DNA of 64,000 nucleotides from contig NC_042997.1 in NCBI RefSeq assembly GCF_006345805.1, forward strand, positions 54,188,001 through 54,252,000, read 5' to 3'. Shown here in pieces: positions 53,700 to 64,000 of this stretch; position 1 is the first letter of the stretch; every line of letters begins with the position of its first letter. Origin of the DNA: Octopus sinensis. Taxonomy: Eukaryota. The translations under genes and the position numbers were made by a program. The notes under the pieces are model-generated. The model did no database searches. It was given only the letters and a program-made list of their open reading frames with translations, and had not been told where the DNA came from.

Positions 53700-54005
53700 T
53701 CGCTTACCTGAAAGAAAGAGAGTCTATTCTGCTTTTTTGCAAAACAACTTTTGGTCTTTGCTAGATAACTTTAAGGCCTTTTGATTCCAGGTTTTGCTTC
53801 CATGCCTGGAATTTCTTCTGTTCTGCAATAGATCCTGTTATAAGAGCAAAATCATCAGCAGAAAGTAGTTTCCACAGAATGTTTTAAATTCCTTTGCTAT
53901 GGTTTGGGGGACTATGATAAATAAAAGGGGACTGAGAATTGAGCCCAGGTGAATCCCTACTTGTACATTAAATTCATCACTGTACTCATGATTGACCCTC
54001 ACTCT
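53700..54005 (-). mobile_element. RTE LINE RT fragment
   Basis: RVRVNHEYSDEFNVQVGIHLGSILSPLLFIIVPQTIAKEFKT. Confidence 0.85.
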
Positions 54006-54011
54006 GTGTGC

Positions 54012-54066
<55 letters not shown>

Positions 54067-55668
54067 TATATATTATCATTTAATGTCTGCTTTCCATGCT
54101 GGCATGTGTTAGATGGTTTGACTAGAATTAGTAAGCCAGAGAGTTGCACCAGGTTCCAGTCTGATTTGGCATGGTTTCTATGGCTGGATGCCCTTCCTAA
54201 GACAACACTACAAATTTAGCATCATCATCATTTAGAGTCTAAACTCTTCCGTGCTTGTATTAGTTAGATGGAATTTGTTGAGGCAGATTTTGCATGGCTA
54301 GATGCTCCTCCTTTCGCCAACCCCCACCTAGTTCCAAGCAAGGTAATACTTCCTCATTGCCACAAGTTTTTCATGGATGACTTGAAATGAACAACATTGC
54401 TTGTATGTCAGTGATGCTTGTTTACAACCATCATATGATGTCAAGATATAAGGGTATACAGACATGCACACACATACACACACACACAAATATAGACACA
54501 CATATATGGCAGGTTTCTTTTCAGTTACCATCTACCAAATTCATTCACAAGGCTTTGGTCAGCTTGGGGCTATAATTGAAAACACTTGCTCAAGGTGTCA
54601 TGCAATGGGACTGAACCCAAAACGACATAGTTAGGAAACAAACTTCTTAACTGAACAGCCAGACCTGCACCAATAGTTGTTTTTTATTAATGTACAATGC
54701 AAGATTTGTATTCTAAGGAAAACCAAAGAGAAATACTAATTGCAATATAGTTTTTCAAAAGTGTAGAGAGAAACTAGTATAGACAACTAAATTTGGAACA
54801 GAGAGCTATGCAGAGAAGACCAAGCATTTATTGTCTTTGAGGAGAAGGGGTACTTTATTGCCCCCTTTTTATGTGTATAACATATACTTTGCACATGTAA
54901 TTTGGGTCACATAACATATGCAATGTGTATATTGTACACATTTGATTCTAGTTATCTAATTTGGGATAAACTAATTATACTAAATATTTTGGTAAGAAGT
55001 GTAACACCTCCATAACTCTTTTTGTCATATCAGTGTCAGGCTTTAGCTAGACTCTACTCAAACACATCTGTGTAGGGTTGCAATTAATGCTTGCCATATC
55101 TCTCTCACCCAGTTTGCCAATGGTAGGCACAACAAAGGTAGGCACAAAAGTTTTTTGGTACACAAGAATCTTTTTTTTTATTTCCTTCCTTGGGAATCAC
55201 TGAAGATGTGAAGTTAATGTTCTTATTAATATTGTTGCTCTTTCACCCTCCTGCTATCAGGCAGCCCTGATTAGGTAGACTTATGACAAAAGGTATTCCA
55301 ACCATGACCATCCTTTGTTCTCCAAAGTATAATGTACCACGTGATGATAATAAAATAATAATAACAACAACAATAAAAAACTCCTTTTTTAAGATGGTAG
55401 GGTGTGACTTGAAGGAGATTTGACTGCTATTTCCAGTATCTCAGATGACCACATAGAAGCTCTTTTCATTTGCCCATATTCCTATCGATACATGGGCAAA
55501 TAAGCAAGCTTCTATGTAGTTGTTATTTCCTGTATTTACACTTGATTTATTTTTGCATTTAGTTTCTTCCCATCACTGCAGGAGTTTCTATTCACAAAGT
55601 ATTGCTTAACTCATGATTATACCACAGTGGAAAATAAACTGGAATCACATCATCGCGCAGTTAAAATA

Positions 55669-56584
55669 CCGTAAATCCTCGAGTATAATCCGCATTTCCC
55701 CCCCAAAATTTAAAAGGTCAAAATCCCTAGTGCATACTATATACAAGGTTAAAAGTTTAAAATATTTTCTTAACAATGTCCGAATCTCTATAAGTTTAAA
55801 AGTGTTTAGTTACAAAGAAATTATTTTTTAAATCTGCCGGTCAAAGTGAAAAGATCCGCGAAAATACCTCAAGTGAAACCCGAAAGCAATAAAATCATAA
55901 AGTGATTTATGGACAGAATGGATGTCGACTGGAGAAAAGTCGTTCACTAAAGGTGGAAGGGTTCGCGCTCCCGACCTGACTTTGATATGCAAATGGTTCA
56001 TGTATGCATGGAATGAACTTGATCCTCAGATTATTGTGAAAAGTTTTATCAAATATTGTATATCGTCTGCACTGGGTGGTACTCAGGATGACGTTGTATG
56101 GAAAGATGAAATAAATGAAAGTGAATCTTCTGATGTTGACTATTAATCTGACGATGACGGAGATTTACACCACAATTAAGCTGACATGTTTACAGAGGAA
56201 CAAATGGAACAGTTATTTGATGCTGAAAGTGACGTTGAATTTGAAGGATTTGAATAAATGCTTTTGCTTTTACTTTTGTAACTGATAGTGATAAAGGCGA
56301 TTTACTTAATATTTATTTTTCACTGACGTTATTACTGCTATTTCTTTATTTTCTGCAAACAAAATCAACAAAAAAGCTACACGTTGGCATTATGTTATGT
56401 ATACAATAATAATAAAGGACGTTACCGTATACATTTTTACAAACCAAGGACGTTATATAGACCTCCTTGACTCAAGTTAGAGAAGGGGTGCGTATTATAC
56501 ACAAGGTTTAGGTTTTTCAGAGGTACAGTCCCCTAAAAATCCCCTGCGTATTATACTCAAGAGCGGACTATACTCGATTTACTG
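55669..56584 (+). mobile_element. Internally deleted pogo/Tigger-like DNA transposon
   Basis: TA|CCGTAAATCCTCGAGTATAATCCGCA at the left end and a related inverted end ...ACTATACTCGATTTACTG|TA. Peptide ICKW...AWNELDPQIIVKSFIKYCISSALGGTQDD is the pogo C-terminal signature. Confidence 0.82.
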
Positions 56585-57559
56585 TATTTATTTTGATTGT
56601 TGTGTGGTCTCCTTGTTTGGATCAAACAGTAACTATTAATAGCATCATTAATAGAGCAGCAAATGATTTAGTATCGTTTCAAATGTTTGACTTAGTAAGT
56701 CAGTTTCTGTTGTAGCTATTATGGGTTTTTTTGTTATACATCAATATTTTTTGCTTCATTACTTTTCTTGTACATCCACAAGTTATATGAAAGAATTTAA
56801 GTAATAAAAACAAATGTGTTTCCCAAAAGAAAGCAAATATATATTTTGTGTTATGAAAGCAAGATGAAAAAACTTCCTACAGTGCTGGAAGGAAGCTAAA
56901 TAAAATAACATTATGACTGTATATGCAGGAAATACTGAAGTCATAAATGTCTTGGAGACTAAGAAAATGCAGGGCTCCACTTCCCGTATATTGAAGAAAA
57001 ATGTGATTTATATAACTGTTCTAATTACATCCATGGAGAGTAACAGTAAATAACAGAACTAGCAAGATGTGTATCTTTTCACACAATCTGCTTCTTTCAT
57101 TCAGTTGTTTGTTTAGAGTTATCTGGAACATATGAAACTACTAAATCATTACTGTCATCATTATAGTTGCTACTCATTAATCTCAAACATTTGGGATTTA
57201 CTAATTTCTCTACAGTACTGTTATACATCTATGTTATAAAACAGAAGGGGAAATAGAGTTTATCTTACACAGTAGTTCAATGAAACGAATTGCTTAATTT
57301 TTGCTGATCAGATATATATTTATCAATAGGGTATTAGTTCCATTGCCTTCTTGGAAGGAAAAAATAGAAGTTTTGACATTCATGCCTTTCTTGGAAAGCT
57401 TGCAACAAAAATTGAAACCAGATTCTAGATGCTATAAGTTTATGGAATCTGTATGTAGCAGTTTGTACTGCTAATGATATGTGCTGCTTAGTAAACTCCT
57501 AACACTTGATAATTTTTTCCTTATTATAAACTTCTGACACTAGGTAATCCTTGAACATA

Positions 57560-57960
57560 ACAAGAAAGAGCATGTGTGATAATTGACATAGCATACTCCT
57601 GTGACAACAGGATCAGTGTGAAAGAAGAAGAAAAAAAAACACAACTATCACGATTTGAAGTGGGAAATACAAAGGTTGTGGTCAATGAAAAGAGTAGACA
57701 TGGTACCAATAGTAATTGGTGCACTTGGAAGTATCAGCACTCAACTACCAACATGGCTGTAAAAGATTGGTGCAAGTGTGAAAGTAGAACACCTACAAAA
57801 ATCAGCATTGCTTGGAACTGCAAGAATTCTTCACGGGGTTCTTGAAGCAGGATCAGTAAACAAGTGTCACCTTAGTCTGCTGGCTATGGACAGCTGACAC
57901 TTTCCATCATACCCAACAAAATAAGTTGTGAGTTTTCATCATCAACATCATCATCATCAA
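57560..57960 (+). mobile_element. Old R4/Dong-like LINE 3' fragment
   Basis: IIDIAYSCDNRISVKEEEK, then after a frameshift NYHDLKWEIQRLWSMKRVDMVPIVIGALG...KSALLGTARIL. Confidence 0.8.
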
Positions 57961-58193
57961 TCATCATAATAATAATGGTTTCAAATTTTGCCACAAGGGT
58001 AGCACTTTTGAGGGAGGGGATGAGTTGATTACATCAAACCCAGTGTTCATCTGATATTTATTTTATCAACCCCAAAAGGATGTAAAGTTAAGTTGACCTC
58101 AGCGGAATTTGAACTAAGAATATAGTAATGGGCAAAATGCCACTAAGCATTTCATTCAGTGCACTAACAATTCTGCCATCTCACTGCCTTAAT

Positions 58194-58280
<87 letters not shown>

Positions 58281-59611
58281 AACTGGAATATGAGTGAAGT
58301 AAAGAATATAGATAGGAAAATACGCAAGCTGCTGAGTTGCAATAGGATGCACCACCCAAAGGCAGACGTAGATCGCCTTTACCTCCCCAGAGCCCAAGGA
58401 GGTCGAGGCCTGATCCAATTTGAACTAGCTTACAAAACAACCACAATTGGACTGGCCAAATATCTTGAAATAACGAATGACTGGATGCTAAAGCTCGTGG
58501 AAAATCATGAGAGACGAAAGAAGCTTCATTCTATCATAAAGGAAAGCATAAAATTTGCTATTGATCTCATGCAGGATACCCAAACTGAACAACCCGAGGG
58601 AAGTACGGCAACTATTGTTGCAAAGAAGGTGAAAATAATGGCAACAAAAAAAGTGCACAGGCAATTGGCTGATAGGTGGGAGGAGAAACCTCTGCACGGC
58701 AAATATGTGGCCCGTAGCAAACAAGCTGATGTTGACCAGAAGCAAACCCGTCAGTGGCTACGGAGTTCAGGGCTAAAAGCAGAGAGCGAAGGTTTCATCC
58801 TGGCTGCTCAAGATCAAAGCCTATTAACCCAGAACTACCAGGCCAATGTGATGAAAAATGGAGCAGACCCAAAATGCCGATTCTGCAATGACATGATTGA
58901 AACAGTGGATCACCTAATCTCTGGATGTAAAGTCTTAGCACCAGTGGAGTATAAATTAAGACATGACAGAGTTGGCCAATATCTACACTGGCTAATAAGT
59001 CGGCATTACCATATCAAAACTGCCGACAAGTGGTATAATCACCACCCTGAAGCTGTAACTGAAGGAGAAAATGTAACGATTCTGTGGGACTTTCCAGTAC
59101 ATACAGACCAAACCTTTAAAGCCAATAAATTGGATATTGTTGTGAAAGACCAAAACAATAAAGTTTGCTTATTGATCGACATGAGCATCCCCTGTGATCA
59201 TAATTCCTCAGCGAAAGAGTTTGACAAGCTCAGAAAATATAAAGACCTGCTCATTGAAATTGAGAAAATGTGGCATCTCAAGGCGGTTACAATACCAGTG
59301 ATCGTAGGAGCACTAGGAATAATCAAGAAGGGAACCGAAAATTATATGAGAATGATCCCTGGCTTACCATCCCTGCAAGAAGTGCAAAAGATTGTCTTAA
59401 CTGGAACATCACACGTATTGAGAAGAGCATTGTCGATGTGAGAACTATTACTATCCATGTATTTTAATTTAACTTTAAAAAAAAAAAATGAACAAACTAG
59501 TGAGTTTAGTTTAATGGCCTACCAATGTATACTATGAGTTTCTTTGCCCTAGGAGTCAGGAAGACACTCGGCAAGAAATGGAAGCAAATTTGAAAGAAGA
59601 AGAAAAAAAAG
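58281..59611 (+). mobile_element. Young 5'-truncated R4/Dong-clade non-LTR retrotransposon; uninterrupted 386-aa C-terminal ORF (58281-59441) with CCHC knuckle and RLE nuclease
   Basis: DRLYLPRAQGGRGL, AAQDQSL, CRFC-x8-H-x4-C, RHDRV, KLDIVV...IDMSIP and VIVGALG motifs. Flanked by (AAT)n(AAC)n on the left and (AAT)n on the right, consistent with Dong's TAA-repeat targeting. Confidence 0.92.
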
Positions 59612-60271
59612 ATAATAATAATAATAATAAAGATGGGCTACAGCAAATATTCTGCTCAAAATCACAGATTTGCTTGTCAGTTGTTTGACCTTAACCAGTT
59701 GAGCATGTCTTGGTGGCTGATGATATGTGCATCTCTAATCACAAGCAGAAGTAGTTGGAGAGCATCATAGCCATGTGTTGAGAGGAATTCTCTGGGGTTT
59801 GAATAATTCACCTCTGGAAACATAGGTGTTTTGTTCAACATCCTTAAACAACTCATACTCATGGACCTTTTGAGCAGGGTGGGCTATTCGACCTGAAGAA
59901 AATTCTCACTAGGTCCCTCCTGCAAGGTCATACACCGTTTCTCTTGATGAGATTACCATGTTGCGCACATATGGTTGTGATGCATTGCCTAGATGGGTAG
60001 TCATGATGGGTATTTTGGGCTACTCATATTTGTACCTTAGTGTCACTTTGATGGCATGCACTGCTCTCTCACTCAATAATAGTAATAATATTAATTCCTT
60101 CTACTAAAGACATAAGGCCTGAAATTTTGGGAAAGGGACTAATCAATTACATCAACCCCAGTGAAACACTGGTACTTAACTTATTGATGTCGAAAGGATA
60201 AAAGGCAAAGTTGGCTATGGCGGGCTTTGAAATATAATTATTATTATTATTATTATAACAACAACAATAAC

Positions 60272-60322
<51 letters not shown>

Positions 60323-60553
60323 TATAATAATAATAATAATACTTTCTACTATAGACACAAGGCCTGAAATTTTGGAGGAGGGGAGGCTAGTTGATTACAT
60401 CAAACCTTGTGATCAACTGGTACTTATTGTTATCATCATCATCATCATCATCATCACGCTTAGTAACATTTTATTCATCTTTACATCCTGAGTTCAAATT
60501 CCACTGAGATCAACTTTACCTTTCATCTTTTTGGGGTCTATGAAATAAGTACC

Positions 60554-60785
60554 TATTTCTTTATTACCCACAAGGGGCTAAACACAGAGGGGACAAACAA
60601 GGACAGACATAGGTATTAAGTCGATTACATTGACCCCAGTGCGTAACTGGTACTTAATTTATCGACCCCGAAAGGATGAAAGGCAAAGTCGACCTCGGCG
60701 GAATTTGAACTCACAACGTAACGCAAATGAAATACCGCTAAGCATTTCGCCCTGCGTGCTAACGTTTCTCCCAGCTCGCCGCCTT
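60554..60785 (-). mobile_element. Young family-A SINE inserted into an older family-A copy
   Basis: Near-identical to 37125-37354. TATGAAATA.G.AC is present on both sides. Confidence 0.88.
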
Positions 60786-60799
60786 CATATGAAATAGGA

Positions 60800-61410
60800 C
60801 ATCGTCAATATTGTCGCGCCTCCTTCCTTCAAACGGGAAGGAAAAGCTATTTTCATCACACTTGTGGCTATGGCGAAAGAATGTATCTGGTGAACGCGTC
60901 TGAAAGGATTAGAGACAAACACTTTCCTTTCTGGTCAATCTCTCATCAACTTCTTCAAGTATCACCTGAAAAGGAAAGTGAGAGTAGAGAGGCAAGTTTT
61001 GTCTAGTGAATGTTTAAAAAAAAGATGGGTGAATGTAGCAAGGATGGCACGTATGAATGACGAAGCCACCTTGAGCATGATCCTATGAACCCGGAAAAAT
61101 TTAAAACAGAGAGTTACTTACTTGCAAATAAATGTGTTAACATGTGATATTATTGACTGAGGTTACCGTGGTCTTTTCCGTAGGCTTTTCTTTCCACTGA
61201 TAAACCTTATCTGTTTGCCCCTTTACACTCTATATCATGACATTTCTGTGATACACGATCCCTATTGATCGTTTTTTTTTCTTTTCTTTCCTTTTTATGA
61301 TCCCTTTTGATCGAAAACCTATCCCCCTTTTTTTTTCTCCCCAAAAAGAAAAGCTCTACCTTGTAATTTGTCCCGTCTGTGTTCAGCCCTGTGTGGCAAA
61401 TAAAGAAGCA
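60800..61410 (+). mobile_element. Tx1/L1-clade LINE 3' end (ORF2 C-terminus and 3' UTR)
   Basis: Homologous to 41215-41830. Ends GTGTTCAGCCCTGTGTGGCAAATAAAGAAGCA. Confidence 0.88.
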
Positions 61411-61588
61411 TATCTTGCAGAAGTATCTTCTATCTTAAGTACATGGCATATTTTCACTCAGCAATACATCATCCATTCACATGTCTACAGGAGCATAGTC
61501 TTTTCTTTTGCATTTGTCAGCTGATACTTTTAATGCCCAGCCACTTCCTTGGCTCACCTGTGCTCCACATTTTATTTCGGTTAACATT

Positions 61589-61626
<38 letters not shown>

Positions 61627-61769
61627 GCAGGCAGATAGATAGACAGACAGACAGACAATTGTTACACTATACTTCTAACATTTTCAAATCGGTATTCTAC
61701 TACAAATATTTAACTCTCAGTAGAGAATTATTCAATTATAGAATATATTAAATTTTTCTATGATTAGAC

Positions 61770-62110
61770 AGTCCCACTGCGTGGCATCTTGGGCAAGTGT
61801 CTTCTGCTATAGCCCCGGGCTGACCAATGCCTTGTGAGTGGATTTGGTAGATGGAAACTGAAAGAAGCCTGTCGTATATATGTATATATATATATGTATG
61901 TGTTTGTGTGTCTGTGTTTGTCTCCCTAGCATTGCTTGACAACCGATGTTGGTATGTTTACGTCCCCGTCACTTAGCGGTTCGGCAAAAGAGACCGATAG
62001 AATAAGTACTGGGCTTACAAAGAATAAGTCCCGGGGTCGATTTGCTCGACTAAAGGCAGTGCTCCAGCATGGCCACAGTCAAATGACTGAAACAAGTAAA
62101 AGAGTAAAGA
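61770..62110 (+). mobile_element. Family-B composite SINE (5' truncated)
   Basis: Head remnant, (TA)n spacer and full tail. Confidence 0.85.
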
Positions 62111-63417
62111 GACAGATGTATCACTTATTTTGTTGGTAAAACTATAGTTGTTTGAATCAGTTCCAGTATATTATAAAATACTTATTTCATTAACCCTGAG
62201 AAAAGGCAAAGTTGACCCCAGAAGAATGTAGGATCAAACTATTTACTATAAAACGTCCATCCTATCATTAATGCCATTTCTATTTCTTTTGATAAAGAAT
62301 ATTCAGTTGTTTGATTAACAGAAATACCTCTCATTGAATTATCAGGTTAAGTAGTTGTATATTCCACACATGTGAAGGTACATGACTTAGTACCTTAGAG
62401 TATTCAAATCATGATCATAAGGTCATGAGTTCAATTCCTAGTAGTGCATTGTGTCCTAAGGATACTTAGATACTTTATTTCATGTTACTCCAGTTCACTC
62501 AACTGGCAAAAAAAAACTGTATTTCAAAGGGCCAGCCTTGTCATATTCTGCATCATGTTGAATCTCCCTGAGAACTATGTTAAGGATATGCATGTCTATG
62601 GCATGCTCAGCGACTTGCATGTTAATTTCATGAACAGGATGTTCCATTAATCAGATCACCTGGAACACTTATCATAACTAACAGATTGCCAGTTTTTAAA
62701 AATTATTTTTAGGCCAAGTGGCTGAATTCCTTTCGAGTGTTGGGCTTCACGGAGGCAATGACCAAGACCTTTGACATTATGTCTTGCTTGAAAAGAAGAC
62801 CATCAAGCCAAGCAAAATTGCAGTCATGGCAGATACCAGTGTCACACAAATGGCATCCGTGCTGGTGGCATGTAAAAGCACCCGTTACAGTCTCAGAATA
62901 GTTGGTGTTAGGAAGAGCATCAAGCTATAGAAAACTATGCCAAATCAGACTGGAGCCTGGCACAGCCTTCCTGTGTGGCAACCCAGTCAAACCGTCCAAC
63001 CCATACCAGCATGGACAATGGACGTTAAATGATGATGATGATTCCACACATATTTATCCCCATAACATAATTCTCAAGCAGACTTAATGTGACACAGTGC
63101 TGCAAGGCCTGTAAAGTACAGATGCAATCCAGCTGATGGGATTCCACAGTCTCATCTACACAGTTTCACTCTCAAGGTATTTTTCAAGTTATTGGCAGAA
63201 GTAAAAAAAGACTTGCTCAAGATGCCTAGCCTGGGATTGAACTCAAGACCTTGTGGTTGTAATAGAAGTCATTCCAATAATCCACTGTGTCAGTGTATTT
63301 GTGCATGCACTTATGAGTTCTAGTAATGTTAACACGTCATGAAACGTAGGCACATAGAAGCTGTAGTGATACTACTGTAGATTTTGTATCCATATAGATT
63401 AACTGAAGTAAACTAGC

Positions 63418-63450
63418 TTTGGGATACTTTGGGATACTTTGGGATACTTT
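63418..63450. repeat. 10-bp minisatellite (TTTGGGATAC) x3
   Basis: Read directly from the sequence. Confidence 0.9.
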
Positions 63451-64000
63451 CATCATTCTTCAAATCTTACCTCTGAGAAGAGTTGAATTACACACTGCAA
63501 ACTGAGATATCTGTCAATTTCCCTTTTGTTTCTGTCATGTTGTGTTTATTAACATCTGGATGGGCTATTCTCTTTGAGAGTTAATACCATGTGATAGACA
63601 CAATAAAGTGTTAGTAATAGAATACAAAGTCTAAGTTCTCTGTTGGTCCTTTGGTCACATGGTATCTCAAAAAAAAAAAAAAAAACCCATAATTAAGTTG
63701 TGTCATCAAAAAATCAAATTAATGGAACCTATCTTTCACCACATTATGTCTGCGGTCTGATATTACAGTTATGGGAAGCAATTAAAAATTGAAAGGAAGC
63801 AACTCAAGTGTGAATCCAACTGGTATTGCAGTTTCTGCTTACCATGAGTCTTATCATAACAATACAGATCTTGCACCTGCAGCAAAGTACAGTTCTAATA
63901 TTCTGTAACCCTTACTTAATTTGTTAACCATTTTGCATTTCCTTTCTAATTATAGTAAGGTTGGGTTGTTATACAAAATTACACATGTTAGCATTGATTT

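Noticed and set aside
56960-57040. EEKCDLYNC as an ADAMTS TSP1-repeat end
   Set aside because: No WxxW or CSxxCG part, and the catalytic-domain exons that must precede it were not found.
58128-58280. N-terminal 51 aa of the 437-aa ORF (poly-Asn)
   Set aside because: SINE head plus (AAT)(AAC) repeat read in frame with a 5'-truncated LINE. Not a poly-N host protein.
63440-63900. Small minus-strand exon candidates
   Set aside because: No consistent open frame across the candidate junctions.

Overview
Eukaryotic, AT-rich, microsatellite-dense genomic DNA. The SINE/LINE repertoire looks like octopus; this is an inference by eye, with no search run. The one well-supported host gene is the 5' end of an ADAMTS-family (M12B) metalloprotease on the + strand. 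It has a compact CCAAT/GC-box/TATA promoter (13575-13613), a signal-peptide exon (13726-13825) and a prodomain exon (14270-14619). I found no further ADAMTS exon, so the remaining ~49 kb is probably intron 2. A possible two-exon 3' end of an unrecognised minus-strand gene lies at 50208-50564. Most other sequence is transposon-derived: several tRNA-derived SINE families, RTE, Tx1/L1, R4/Dong and HERO LINE fragments, Penelope-like remnants with hammerhead-ribozyme motifs, mariner, maT (DD37D), pogo, hAT-Buster, Harbinger- and piggyBac-type MITEs, and Helitrons. The most notable observations are: (1) type I hammerhead ribozyme folds, including a possible decayed retrozyme-like dimer; (2) a SINE whose 3' tail matches the local Tx1 LINE 3' end and which appears to insert into its own head to form multimers; (3) a Harbinger MITE nested in a Buster element nested in an RTE LINE, with the MITE and Buster TSDs intact; (4) a young Dong/R4 LINE in an (AAT)n repeat. 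There are no rRNA genes, true tRNA genes or CRISPR arrays. Nearly all short ORFs in the track are microsatellite artefacts. Ends of degenerate repeats are approximate (tens of bp).
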